A stretch of DNA of 64,000 bases from a phage: sequence record PZ445430.1. One strand, written 5' to 3'. Positions within the stretch are counted from its first letter, which is position 1, and each line of letters opens with the position of its first letter. Below are positions 1 through 10,225 of this stretch, piece by piece. The notes below the pieces were generated by a model. That model saw only the letters and a program-made list of their open reading frames with translations, was not told where the DNA came from and ran no database searches. The translations under genes and the position numbers were made by a program.

Positions 1-1317
1 ATGAAAGTCTCTAGAGACTATATTAACACCACAGATGTTATTGACTTTGGTATTGACAAACGATTTTTCCGTCTGCCAGTCTCTAGCATTCTAGCTCAAG
101 AGGGGATTACACCTAACGCCCCTCAGGTTGCAATTATTAACGCGCTGGAAGATCCTAGACACCGTTTCGTAACTGCATGTGTATCCCGTCGTGTAGGTAA
201 GTCGTTCATCGCATATACACTTGGGTTCCTAAAACTTCTGGAACCCAATGTGAAGGTGCTGGTAGTTGCACCTAACTACTCACTGGCTAACATAGGTTGG
301 TCACAGATTCGCGGTCTTATTAAGAAGTATGGATTACAGACTGAACGTGAGAACGCAAAAGATAAAGAGATTGAACTAGCGAATGGTTCTCTCTTTAAGC
401 TGGCTTCTGCGGCGCAGGCTGACTCCGCGGTTGGTCGTTCATATGACTTCATCATTTTTGACGAAGCAGCGATTTCCGACGTTGGTGGTGCAGCTTTCGA
501 TATTCAGTTACGTCCTACTCTAGATAAGCCAAACTCTAAAGCTCTGTTTATTTCCACACCTCGTGGTGGTAACTGGTTTAAAGAGTTCTATGAGAAAGGA
601 TTTAACGAAACGCTACCTAACTGGGTATCTATTCATGGTACATATCGTGATAACCCACGTGCTGATCTGAACGATATCGAAGAAGCGCGTCGTACTGTTA
701 GTAAAAACTACTTCCGTCAAGAATATGAGGCTGACTTCTCTGTATTCGAAGGTCAGATCTTTGACACCTTCAATGCTATCGAACATGTTAAAGACCTCAA
801 AGGTATGCGTCACTTCTTTAAAGATGATGAGGCTTTCGAAACATTACTTGGTATCGACGTTGGTTATCGTGACCCTACAGCAGTTCTTACTATCAAGTAT
901 CACTATGATACTGATGTTTATTACGTACTAGAAGAGTATCAGCAGGCTGAAAAGACTACAGCTCAACACGCTGCTTATATCCAACACTGCATAGATCGTT
1001 ATAGTGTTGATCGTATATTTGTAGACTCCGCTGCTGCTCAGTTCCGTCAGGACTTAGCATATGAACATGAAATCGCTTCTGCTCCTGCTAAGAAATCTGT
1101 CCTAGATGGTTTGGCATGTCTGCAAGCACTGTTCCAGCAAGGTAAGATCATCGTAGATGCTTCATGTACTTCATTGATCCATGCCCTAGCGAACTACAAG
1201 TGGGACTTCCAGGAAGGCGAAGAGAAATTATCACGTGAAAAACCACGTCATGATGCGAACTCTCACCTTTGTGACGCACTGCGTTATGGGATTTACTCAA
1301 TTTCCCGTGGGAAATAA
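1..1317 (+). CDS. terminase large subunit (T5 TerL-like)
   Basis: 438-aa ORF with P-loop-like VSRRVGKS near the N-terminus; sits directly upstream of the portal gene at the head of the late module. Confidence 0.85.
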   Translation: MKVSRDYINTTDVIDFGIDKRFFRLPVSSILAQEGITPNAPQVAIINALEDPRHRFVTACVSRRVGKSFIAYTLGFLKLLEPNVKVLVVAPNYSLANIGWSQIRGLIKKYGLQTERENAKDKEIELANGSLFKLASAAQADSAVGRSYDFIIFDEAAISDVGGAAFDIQLRPTLDKPNSKALFISTPRGGNWFKEFYEKGFNETLPNWVSIHGTYRDNPRADLNDIEEARRTVSKNYFRQEYEADFSVFEGQIFDTFNAIEHVKDLKGMRHFFKDDEAFETLLGIDVGYRDPTAVLTIKYHYDTDVYYVLEEYQQAEKTTAQHAAYIQHCIDRYSVDRIFVDSAAAQFRQDLAYEHEIASAPAKKSVLDGLACLQALFQQGKIIVDASCTSLIHALANYKWDFQEGEEKLSREKPRHDANSHLCDALRYGIYSISRGK

Positions 1318-1431
1318 ATAAGTATAGGATGGGATACTACTCAGTTGGTATCCCATTCCTGCATTTTAAAATCCCCTTTACAAATTCGACATGATTATGT
1401 ATACTATATTCATACAGTTGAGGAGAATACT

Positions 1432-1869
1432 GTGGCAGGAAATGTAAAATATAAACGTGATGCTATATCACTCATGCGAGATGGTATAAAAAGTCAATAT
1501 AAAAAAGCCGATCGCTGCGAAATTTGTGGTTGTGGTGAAGAATTAGAGCTTCATCATTACCATACAGTGTCTCTACTAGTTAAAAAATTTGCTAAAGAAC
1601 TCCAATTGGATTTCACTGACGAAGAAACAGTCCTCTCAAATAGGACGGCATTCTATGAAAGATATAGGCATGAGCTAGTAGACGACACTGTTACCCTTTG
1701 TGTCCACCATCACCAACTATTACATAAGGTGTACACTAAAGAACCTCCCCTTTTCTCTGCTAATAAGCAGAGGGCATGGGTTCTTAAACAAAAGGAAAAG
1801 CTACAGAATCCTCAAGAAAAGACACAAGTCAAGACTGAAACTAAATCAGGATTCGCAAGGTTCTTATAA
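1432..1869 (+). CDS. HNH homing endonuclease-like protein
   Basis: CEICGCGEE...HHYH...CVHHHQLLH zinc/HNH-type motif; inserted between terminase and portal; start moved from track 1345 to in-frame GTG about 1432, preceded by GAGGAG. Confidence 0.6.
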   Translation: MAGNVKYKRDAISLMRDGIKSQYKKADRCEICGCGEELELHHYHTVSLLVKKFAKELQLDFTDEETVLSNRTAFYERYRHELVDDTVTLCVHHHQLLHKVYTKEPPLFSANKQRAWVLKQKEKLQNPQEKTQVKTETKSGFARFL

Positions 1870-3086
1870 TGGGTTTAAAAAGCTGGATTACTGAAAAGCT
1901 AAATCCGGGTCAACGTATTATAAGAGACATGGAACCAGTTAGTCATCGTACTAACCGTAAGCCATTTACCACTGGACAAGCCTACAGTAAGATTGAGATT
2001 CTCAACCGAACTGCTAACATGGTTATTGATAGTGCGGCTGAGTGTTCTTATACTGTCGGAGATAAATATAATATTGTCACGTACGCTAACGGCGTCAAAG
2101 CAAAGACTCTAGACACTCTCTTAAATGTACGACCCAATCCATTCATGGATATAAGCACATTCCGTAGACTTGTAGTCACTGACCTACTTTTTGAGGGTTG
2201 TGCATACATCTATTGGGATGGCACAGCGCTTTATCATGTCCCTGCTGCACTAATGCAAGTAGAGGCAGATGCCAATAAGTTTATCAAAAAATTCATATTT
2301 AATAACCAGATAGACTATCGCGTAGATGAGATTATCTTTATAAAGGATAACAGTTACGTGTGTGGCACAAACTCCCAAATTTCTGGACAATCTCGTGTTG
2401 CTACTGTTATTGACTCCCTTGAGAAGCGTTCTAAAATGCTTAACTTTAAAGAAAAGTTCCTAGATAACGGCACAGTGATTGGTCTTATTCTTGAGACGGA
2501 TGAAATCCTGAACAAGAAATTGCGCGAGCGTAAACAAGAAGAATTACAACTCGATTATAATCCTAGTACGGGTCAGTCTACTGTCCTGATTCTAGATGGT
2601 GGTATGAAAGCAAAACCGTACTCCCAAATATCCTCTTTTAAAGATCTAGACTTCAAGGAAGATATCGAAGGATTTAATAAATCCATCTGTCTTGCCTTTG
2701 GTGTTCCGCAAGTGCTACTTGATGGGGGTAATAACGCTAACATTCGACCAAACATCGAATTGTTCTATTACATGACTATCATTCCTATGCTGAACAAGCT
2801 GACTAGTTCTCTTACTTTCTTCTTTGGCTACAAGGTTACTCCTAACACTAAGGAAGTAGCTGCACTGACGCCAGATAAAGAAGCTGAGGCTAAACATTTA
2901 ACCTCTTTGGTTAATAACGGTATCATGACTGGTAACGAAGCTCGTGAAGAGCTTAACCTTGAACCTTTAGATGATGAGCAGATGAATAAGATTCGTATTC
3001 CTGCTAACGTTGCTGGTTCTGCAACAGGTGTATCTGGTCAAGAAGGTGGTAGACCGCAAGGCACTGCCGATGGGGATAAAGAATGA
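1869..3086 (+). CDS. portal protein (T5 pb7-like)
   Basis: 405-aa ORF, size and position match T5 portal; start overlaps upstream stop (TAATG). Confidence 0.85.
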   Translation: MGLKSWITEKLNPGQRIIRDMEPVSHRTNRKPFTTGQAYSKIEILNRTANMVIDSAAECSYTVGDKYNIVTYANGVKAKTLDTLLNVRPNPFMDISTFRRLVVTDLLFEGCAYIYWDGTALYHVPAALMQVEADANKFIKKFIFNNQIDYRVDEIIFIKDNSYVCGTNSQISGQSRVATVIDSLEKRSKMLNFKEKFLDNGTVIGLILETDEILNKKLRERKQEELQLDYNPSTGQSTVLILDGGMKAKPYSQISSFKDLDFKEDIEGFNKSICLAFGVPQVLLDGGNNANIRPNIELFYYMTIIPMLNKLTSSLTFFFGYKVTPNTKEVAALTPDKEAEAKHLTSLVNNGIMTGNEAREELNLEPLDDEQMNKIRIPANVAGSATGVSGQEGGRPQGTADGDKE

Positions 3087-3565
3087 TTGATTATGATGGT
3101 CTAAAGGCCATTTTTGGTGAAAAGCTGCCAGAATCTCATATCTTCTTTGCTACGGTTGCAGCACACAAGTTCGTTCCAAACTACGCTACTCTACGTAAAG
3201 AGTTTGGAATGACCACTGCACATACCAACCGCAAGGTTTGGAATAAGTTCAAAGAAGCATACGAAGTTACTGCTCCGGTTGTTCCGGCTCTAGCTTTCAC
3301 GAAGAATCTGGCTAAAACTCTAGCTGTTGATACTGGTGCAGCAATTAATCTGGGCGTAACAGTTACTGGTGGTACTGCACCATATACTTATGCTTGGACT
3401 AAAGACGGTTCTCCACTTAGTGGTGTTACTGGCCCTAATTTCAACAAAGCTACAGCTGTTGCAGAAGATGCTGGTACTTACAAAGTTGTTGTAACGGATA
3501 GTAAATCTACTTCCATTACTTCTAATGAGTGTGTAACAACTATCAACCCTGCGCCGGAGGCTTAA
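3083..3565 (+). CDS. capsid decoration protein with C-terminal Ig-like domain (T5 pb10-like)
   Basis: 160 aa; C-terminal Ig-like segment (TGGTAPYTYAWTKDGSPL...GTYKVVVTD); ATGA overlap with portal stop. Confidence 0.75.
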   Translation: MIDYDGLKAIFGEKLPESHIFFATVAAHKFVPNYATLRKEFGMTTAHTNRKVWNKFKEAYEVTAPVVPALAFTKNLAKTLAVDTGAAINLGVTVTGGTAPYTYAWTKDGSPLSGVTGPNFNKATAVAEDAGTYKVVVTDSKSTSITSNECVTTINPAPEA

Positions 3566-3568
3566 TAA

Positions 3569-4201
3569 ATGACAAATGCTGCTATTGACTATAACAAGTT
3601 AAAATCAGCACCGGTTCATTTAGACGCTTACATTAAGTCTATTGATAGCGAATCCAAAGAGGGTGTTGTAAAAATCCGTGGATTCGCTAATACAATTAGT
3701 AAAGATCGCGCTGGTGACGTAATTCCTGCTTCGGCATGGAAAACATCTAATGCACTTGCTAACTACATGAAAAACCCGATTATTCTTTTCGGCCACGACC
3801 ATCGTCGTCCAATCGGCAAGTGTATTGATCTTAACCCTACTGAAATGGGTCTCGAAATTGAATGCGAGATTTATGAAAGTTCTGATCCAGCTATCTTCTC
3901 ACTAATTAAAAACGGTGTACTGAAAACCTTCAGTATCGGATTCCGCTGCCTAGACGCAGAATGGGATGAAGCTACTGACATATTTATTATTAAAGATTTA
4001 GAACTATACGAAGTTTCGGTAGTTTCTGTACCTTGTAATCAGGACTCAACGTTCAACCTCGCTAAGAGTATGAATGGCCACGATTACACTGAATGGCGCA
4101 AATCTTTTACTGCAACAAGTTCTAAGGCTGTCCCAGCTCAAGAACGTAATCTTTCTGAACTAGAAAAACTTGCGATAGCTTTAGGCTACGTTAAAGAATA
4201 A
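3569..4201 (+). CDS. prohead maturation protease (T5 pb11-like)
   Basis: 210-aa ORF between decoration and major capsid genes; GGAGG RBS. Confidence 0.75.
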   Translation: MTNAAIDYNKLKSAPVHLDAYIKSIDSESKEGVVKIRGFANTISKDRAGDVIPASAWKTSNALANYMKNPIILFGHDHRRPIGKCIDLNPTEMGLEIECEIYESSDPAIFSLIKNGVLKTFSIGFRCLDAEWDEATDIFIIKDLELYEVSVVSVPCNQDSTFNLAKSMNGHDYTEWRKSFTATSSKAVPAQERNLSELEKLAIALGYVKE

Positions 4202-4218
4202 CGGAGAATTATTTAAAA

Positions 4219-5595
4219 ATGACTATTGATATTAATAAGCTGAAGGAAGAACTTGGTCTGGGTGATCTGGCTAAATCTCTGGAAGGTCTGACTGCTGCTC
4301 AGAAAGCTGCGGAAGCTAAGCGTCTGCGTGAAGAGCAGGAAGAAAAAGAACTGGCTCGTATGAACGACCTAGTATCTAAAGCTGTTGGTGAAGACCGTAA
4401 GCGTCTGGAAGAAGCTCTGGATCTGGTTAAGAACCTGGATGAGAAGTCTAAGAAGAGCGCAGAACTGTTTGCACAGACTGTAGAAAAGCAACAGGAAACC
4501 ATCGTTGGTCTTCAGGACGAAATCAAGTCTCTGTTGGCAGCTCGTGAAGGTCGTTCCTTCGTTGGTGATAGCGTAGCTAAAGCTCTTTATGGCACTCAGG
4601 ATGCTTTCGAAGATGAAGTTGAGAAACTGGTTCTTCTGTCTTATATGATGGAGAAAGACGTATTCGAAACTGAACATGGTAAGGCTCACATTAAAGCTGT
4701 TAACGGTTCTTCTTCCGTTTCCATGTCTAGCGAAGCATACGAAACTATCTTCTCTACCCGTATTATTCGTGACCTGCAGAAGGAACTGGTAGTTGGTGCA
4801 CTGTTCGATGAACTGCCAATGTCCAGCAAAATCCTTACTATGCTCGTTGAACCAGAAGCTGGTCGCGCTACTTGGGTAGATGCTTCCAAATTCGGTACTG
4901 ACGAAACTGTTGGTGACGAAGTTAAAGGTCAACTGACTGAAATCAGCTTCAAAACTTACAAGCTGGCTGCTAAATCCTTCATCACTGATGAAACTGAAGA
5001 AGATGCAATCTTCTCCCTGCTGCCTCTGCTGCGTAAGCGTCTGATCGAAGCACACGCTGTTTCTATCGAAGAAGCTTTCATGTCTGGTAATGGTACTGGT
5101 CAGCCTAAGGGTCTGCTGAAACTGGCTGCTGATGATGGTGCTAAGGTTGTTACCGAAGCTAAAGCTGACGGTTCTGTTCTGGTAACTGCTAAGACTATCT
5201 CCAAGCTGCGTCGTAAACTGGGCCGTCATGGTCTGAAACTGAGCAAACTGGTACTGATCGTATCTATGGATGCTTACTACGATCTGCTGGAAGATGAAGA
5301 ATGGCAGGATGTTGCCCAGGTTGGTAACGATGCTGTTAAACTGCAAGGTCAGGTTGGTCGTATTTACGGTCTGCCGGTTGTAGTTTCTGAGTATTTCCCA
5401 GCTAAAGCTGCTTCTGCAGAATTCGCAGTTATTGTTTATAAAGATAACTTCGTAATGCCGCGTCAGCGTGCTGTTACTGTTGAACGTGAGCGCCAAGCTG
5501 GCAAACAGCGTGACGCATACTACGTTACTCAGCGTGTTAACCTGCAACGTTACTTCGAGAACGGCGTTGTATCTGGTGCTTACGCTGCCGCTTAA
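4219..5595 (+). CDS. major capsid protein precursor with N-terminal coiled-coil scaffolding domain (T5 pb8-like)
   Basis: 458 aa, same length as T5 pb8; charged coiled-coil N-terminal region; biased codon usage; intrinsic terminator follows. Confidence 0.9.
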   Translation: MTIDINKLKEELGLGDLAKSLEGLTAAQKAAEAKRLREEQEEKELARMNDLVSKAVGEDRKRLEEALDLVKNLDEKSKKSAELFAQTVEKQQETIVGLQDEIKSLLAAREGRSFVGDSVAKALYGTQDAFEDEVEKLVLLSYMMEKDVFETEHGKAHIKAVNGSSSVSMSSEAYETIFSTRIIRDLQKELVVGALFDELPMSSKILTMLVEPEAGRATWVDASKFGTDETVGDEVKGQLTEISFKTYKLAAKSFITDETEEDAIFSLLPLLRKRLIEAHAVSIEEAFMSGNGTGQPKGLLKLAADDGAKVVTEAKADGSVLVTAKTISKLRRKLGRHGLKLSKLVLIVSMDAYYDLLEDEEWQDVAQVGNDAVKLQGQVGRIYGLPVVVSEYFPAKAASAEFAVIVYKDNFVMPRQRAVTVERERQAGKQRDAYYVTQRVNLQRYFENGVVSGAYAAA

Positions 5596-5616
5596 TACAG
5601 GCTTTTCAGCCGATAA

Positions 5617-5642
5617 GGAGAGCTTCGGCTCTCCTTTTTTAT
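5617..5642 (+). terminator. intrinsic terminator after major capsid gene
   Basis: GGAGAGC-TTCG-GCTCTCC hairpin followed by TTTTTTATT. Confidence 0.8.
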
Positions 5643-5654
5643 TGGGAAAAATAA

Positions 5655-6167
5655 ATGCAAATCATCACTGTTGAAGATTACAGACTATATGCTAACGCAA
5701 AACGTCCTGAAATTGAAACTCAAGTAGATATGATGATTAAATCTGCCAATACGCTGATTACTAGCCTTTTAGGTATGGACGACGCGGATGCGGTAGATCA
5801 ATTAATCACTACTAAACCTAGCCGTAGGAAATATTTCCTGAGTTCTCCCTCAGCCACATCTATTACAAAGATGACTATTAACGAGAATGAAATAGACCCG
5901 GAACAGTTTAAACTGTATCCTGATGGTGTTATTCTCCTTAAGTTTAATCCTCCTGAAGGATACATGGATGTAGAGTATACTCAAGGTGGTTTCAATCCAA
6001 TGCCTGAAGATCTTAAACTGGCGGCATGTCTGTTAGTAGATCACTGGCATAAGCAAGATTATCGTCAAGCCAAGACTATTGGTGGTGAGACAGTTACGTT
6101 TAACAATACTAAGTCTGGTATTCCAGAGCATATTCGTACAATCATCGAAGTCTATAGGAGAGTATAA
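5655..6167 (+). CDS. head completion / head-tail connector protein (p144-like)
   Basis: 170-aa ORF directly after the capsid gene terminator; gene order. Confidence 0.55.
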   Translation: MQIITVEDYRLYANAKRPEIETQVDMMIKSANTLITSLLGMDDADAVDQLITTKPSRRKYFLSSPSATSITKMTINENEIDPEQFKLYPDGVILLKFNPPEGYMDVEYTQGGFNPMPEDLKLAACLLVDHWHKQDYRQAKTIGGETVTFNNTKSGIPEHIRTIIEVYRRV

Positions 6168-6934
6168 TGGCTCTTTCTGATCTAGCTAGACAAATTATTA
6201 AAGAGCAGCTAGATACTGCAGGACGATCTGAGAATAATAAGAATACTGTTGTGTATACAGTTGAGACAGGTTTGAAAGATCCTACAAGAGATGGTACAGT
6301 TGCACAGGTATCTTTCAAATTCTCAAAACCAGTATCTCAAGACTTATTAAATGTTAGGACAGCATCTATATTGAAGGCCGTCTCTTCTAACTTAGATCTT
6401 TCTGGTGATTTAGGTGCTCTAGAGAATCTAATTCAAGCAACCGCAGGTAAACGTTCTGCTGTTGGTAAAAAACGTTCTACCGGTAGAGTTCAGGTAAACT
6501 TTGGAGATCCTAGAGATACTGAAGATGGCTATTCTGGTGCAGTAACAGGTGCTTCCGGTCGTTTCGTATCGAATAGTAACATGCGTGCTATTCTTGAGAT
6601 AGTAGCTAAGGAATACTTAATCAAGGATATGAAAAAAGCAGGAGCACCATTGAAGTTCAGAACTGGTCGCTTTGCTAACTCCTTAAAGATTAAAGACGTT
6701 ATGCTACGTGATGCAGAAACTAGTAAAGGTGCTCCAGAGCTGAATGTGACGTATAATTATATGGTTCGTCCTTATTCTGTGTTCAACCCCGCAGTTTCTA
6801 CATATCGAAGACTTTCTCTACGACCTTACCCTGGCGCTCGAAACCCTCAAAAACTTATTGGGGAAGCAATCGCAAAAGCTGCAAGAGACCTGATTCACTC
6901 TAGATATAAAATCAAGGTTAATCAAGGAACCTAA
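6167..6934 (+). CDS. neck / tail completion protein (p143-like)
   Basis: 255-aa ORF; ATG overlaps upstream stop; gene order. Confidence 0.5.
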   Translation: MALSDLARQIIKEQLDTAGRSENNKNTVVYTVETGLKDPTRDGTVAQVSFKFSKPVSQDLLNVRTASILKAVSSNLDLSGDLGALENLIQATAGKRSAVGKKRSTGRVQVNFGDPRDTEDGYSGAVTGASGRFVSNSNMRAILEIVAKEYLIKDMKKAGAPLKFRTGRFANSLKIKDVMLRDAETSKGAPELNVTYNYMVRPYSVFNPAVSTYRRLSLRPYPGARNPQKLIGEAIAKAARDLIHSRYKIKVNQGT

Positions 6935-6937
6935 TAA

Positions 6938-7423
6938 ATGGATCACAGAACAAGTATTGCACAAGCAGTGGTTGACCGAATCGCCACACAAATGGATGGT
7001 TCACAACCTGACGAGTATTTCAATAACCTTTATGGAAACGTTTCTCGTCAAACTTATAAATTTGAGGAAATCCGAGAATTTCCTTATGTGGCAGTCCATA
7101 TCGGAACTGAAACTGGGCAGTATCTTCCTTCAGGCCAACAGTGGATGTTTTTAGAACTTCCAATCTTCGTGTATGACAAAGAGAAAACAGATATTCAAGA
7201 GCAACTTGAAAAACTCGTAGCTGACATAAAAACCGTCATTGACACAGGTGGAAATTTAGAATATACTGTTAGTAAACCTAATGGATCGACCTTCTCATGT
7301 GAGGCAACTGATATGAGCATTACCTCAGTAGCTACAGATGAAGGTCTACTGGCCCCATATGGTTTAGCGGAAATAAATGTAACAGTGAGGTATCAGCCAC
7401 CTCGTAGGGCACTTCGCAGATAA
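6938..7423 (+). CDS. tail terminator protein (p142-like)
   Basis: 161-aa ORF immediately upstream of the tail tube gene. Confidence 0.5.
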   Translation: MDHRTSIAQAVVDRIATQMDGSQPDEYFNNLYGNVSRQTYKFEEIREFPYVAVHIGTETGQYLPSGQQWMFLELPIFVYDKEKTDIQEQLEKLVADIKTVIDTGGNLEYTVSKPNGSTFSCEATDMSITSVATDEGLLAPYGLAEINVTVRYQPPRRALRR

Positions 7424-7449
7424 GTTACAGATTAGGAGAATATAAATAA

Positions 7450-8859
7450 ATGTCTTTACAACTATTACGTAATACTCGAATCTTCGTGTCTACGGTTAAG
7501 ACTGGTCACGATAAGACCAACACGCAAGAGATTCTAGTTCAAGATGATATTTCTTGGGGTCAGGACAGTAACTCAACCGATATTACTGTTAACGAAGCTG
7601 GTCCGCGTCCAACTCGTGGTTCAAAACGTTTCAACGACTCCCTGAACGCAGCTGAGTGGAGTTTCTCTACTTACATCCTGCCTTACTTAGATAAGACTAC
7701 TAGTAAGCAGATCGTTCCAGACTATATGTTATGGCATGCGCTATCTAGTGGTAAGCGTATCAATCTTGATGGTGATACTGGGGCTCATACCAACGAAACT
7801 AACTTCATGGTTAACTTTAAAGATAATGCATACCACGAACTGGATATGCTGCACATCTATATCCTTACGGATAAAGCATGGAGCTATATTGATTCCTGTC
7901 AGATCAACCAAGCTGAAGTAAACGTTGATATCGAAGATATCGGTCGTGTAACTTGGTCAGGTAATGGTAACCAGCTGATCCCATTGGATTCACAACCATT
8001 TGATCCTGATATTGTAGGTATCGATGATGAAACTTACATGACTATCCAAAGTTCTTACATCAAGAACAAACTGACTATTCTGAAGATTAAGGATATGGAT
8101 AGTGGTAAGGCATACGATATTCCGATCACTGGTGGTAGCTTCACAATCAACAACAACATCACCTATCTGACTCCGAATATTATGTCTCGTGTAAACATTC
8201 CAATCGGTTCCTTTACTGGTGCATTCGAACTAACCGGTTCTCTTACTGCTTACCTGAACGATAAAGCTCTGGGTTCTATGGATTTGTATAAAGATCTGAT
8301 TAAGACCCTTAAAGTAGTTAACCGTTTCGAAATTGCCCTGGTTCTTGGTGGTGAATACGATGATGAGCGTCCTGCAGCTGTTCTAGTTGCTAAGCAAGCC
8401 CACGTCAACATCCCAACTATCGAGACTGACGATGTACTTGGTACTTCTGTTGAGTTCAAGGCTATTCCTACTGATCTGGATACTGGTGATGAAGGTTACC
8501 TTGGCTTCTCTAACAAGTATACCAAAACTACTATTGCTAACCTGATTGCTACAGGTGATGGTGGTCAAGCTGCTCCGGTCCCAGTTACTGGCATTACTGT
8601 TAAGTCTGCTGGGGATGCAACTACAGTTGAAAATAGTGCAACTCTCCAGATGACAGTAGATGTTCTGCCTGCAGAAGCTACTAATAAGGCTGTAACTTGG
8701 TCTATCTCTTCTGGTACAGCAGCTACTATTGATGCTGATTCCGGTCTACTAACTGCTGATGTTACCAAAGTAGGTGCAGTTACTGTTAAAGCTGTAGCTA
8801 TAGACGGTTCTGGTGTAGAAGGTACTAAGAGCATTACAGTTACTGCTTCTGGTGGCTAA
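7450..8859 (+). CDS. tail tube protein with C-terminal Big_2 Ig-like domain (T5 pb6-like)
   Basis: 469 aa; C-terminal Ig-like segment (ITVKSAGDATTVENSATLQMTVDVLPAEATNKAVTWSISSG); AGGAG RBS. Confidence 0.85.
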   Translation: MSLQLLRNTRIFVSTVKTGHDKTNTQEILVQDDISWGQDSNSTDITVNEAGPRPTRGSKRFNDSLNAAEWSFSTYILPYLDKTTSKQIVPDYMLWHALSSGKRINLDGDTGAHTNETNFMVNFKDNAYHELDMLHIYILTDKAWSYIDSCQINQAEVNVDIEDIGRVTWSGNGNQLIPLDSQPFDPDIVGIDDETYMTIQSSYIKNKLTILKIKDMDSGKAYDIPITGGSFTINNNITYLTPNIMSRVNIPIGSFTGAFELTGSLTAYLNDKALGSMDLYKDLIKTLKVVNRFEIALVLGGEYDDERPAAVLVAKQAHVNIPTIETDDVLGTSVEFKAIPTDLDTGDEGYLGFSNKYTKTTIANLIATGDGGQAAPVPVTGITVKSAGDATTVENSATLQMTVDVLPAEATNKAVTWSISSGTAATIDADSGLLTADVTKVGAVTVKAVAIDGSGVEGTKSITVTASGG

Positions 8860-8863
8860 TTAA

Positions 8864-9763
8864 ATGTATTACTCTCTAATGCGAGAGTCAAAAATTATAG
8901 TTGAGTATGATGGCAGAGCGTATCACTTTGACGCTCTGTCAAATTATGATATTAATACCTCCTACGAGGAATTTAAAACTCTTCGTAGGACTATCCATCG
9001 TAGAACCAACTATGCTGACTCTATTATTAATGCACAAACTCCATCTTCAATATCGCTGGCTATAAATTTTAGTAATACCCTTACTGAAGCTAACTTCTTT
9101 GAATGGATGGGCTTTGATAGAGAGGGTAACACATTCTTACTACCACTTTATAGTACAAATATTGAGCCAACAATGTTTAATATATACATAGTTAATAAAG
9201 ATAATAACTGTGTATACTTCGAGAATTGCTACGTATCTAATGTAGATTTTTCTCTAGATAAAAGTGTCCCTATCCTAAACGTAGGGATTGAATCCGGTAA
9301 ATTCTCTGAGGTGTCTACTTTTACTCCTGCTGGTTCTATTGTTCAGGGTGAAGTTATATCATATAGTCCTCCTAGAGTATCTACCAACAGTAATGTTTTA
9401 CCAGCTCTTTTATCTGCTTCTATGTCCTTCCAGCAACAATGTTCTTGGAGAGAAGATAAAAGCGTATTTGACATAAACAAAATATATAATAATAAGAGAG
9501 CTTATGTTAATGAAATGAATGCTTCGGCAACAATTGCATTTTACTATACCAAGCGATTTGCTGGTGATACGTTTTATAATATTGAACCCGAAACTGACAT
9601 CCCATTAACCATCCGAAATGAACATATTTCTATTGATTTTCCTTCAGCACGTATAACAAAACGCCTACAATTCTCGGATATATACAGAGTTGAATGGGAT
9701 GTAATCCCTACTGCAGACTCTGATCCGGTAAGAATCGACTTCTTTGGAGAAATAAAGAAATGA
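8864..9763 (+). CDS. tail protein (T5 p140-like)
   Basis: 299-aa ORF between tail tube and tape measure genes. Confidence 0.5.
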   Translation: MYYSLMRESKIIVEYDGRAYHFDALSNYDINTSYEEFKTLRRTIHRRTNYADSIINAQTPSSISLAINFSNTLTEANFFEWMGFDREGNTFLLPLYSTNIEPTMFNIYIVNKDNNCVYFENCYVSNVDFSLDKSVPILNVGIESGKFSEVSTFTPAGSIVQGEVISYSPPRVSTNSNVLPALLSASMSFQQQCSWREDKSVFDINKIYNNKRAYVNEMNASATIAFYYTKRFAGDTFYNIEPETDIPLTIRNEHISIDFPSARITKRLQFSDIYRVEWDVIPTADSDPVRIDFFGEIKK

Positions 9764-10164
9764 TCAATTTAAAAGATATTACCCTTGAAACTCGTACTAT
9801 TGAGCTGGCTTACCCAGGTATGCCTAACTTCAAGCTGCAACTAAACTACATGTCTCGTGCTGCATCTAAGCGTGTTATCTCTTCCGCTAAGCGTGATGAG
9901 TGGGTTAACGGTACTATGATTCAAGTTCAGGACGATGATAAGTTTATTGAAGCTTTCGTTGACACTGCAATTGCTGGCTGGACTGGCTTGACGATTGGAG
10001 ATGTTGAGAAGCTGATGCTTATCGAAACTGAAGCTGATCCTACTACTGAAGTTCCATTTAGTCGCGATAACGCTATCATGCTTATGCAGAACTCTGCTGC
10101 GTTTGATTCTTGGATCAACCAGACAGTGTTCCACTTAGACACTTTTCGTAGCTCAAAAGCGTAA
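9760..10164 (+). CDS. putative tail assembly chaperone
   Basis: 134-aa acidic ORF upstream of tape measure gene; function from position only. Confidence 0.4.
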   Translation: MINLKDITLETRTIELAYPGMPNFKLQLNYMSRAASKRVISSAKRDEWVNGTMIQVQDDDKFIEAFVDTAIAGWTGLTIGDVEKLMLIETEADPTTEVPFSRDNAIMLMQNSAAFDSWINQTVFHLDTFRSSKA

Positions 10165-10225
10165 GCAGTTACTAGATGCTGTTGCCGATTTTGCAGATAA
10201 ATGTATTAAATCCTCAGCATCTAAA

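Noticed and set aside
4369-5547. 392-aa ORF antisense to the major capsid gene
   Set aside because: Lies entirely inside the pb8-like gene on the opposite strand; Phe/Ser/Asn-rich low-complexity translation typical of antisense to a codon-biased gene; no promoter or RBS.
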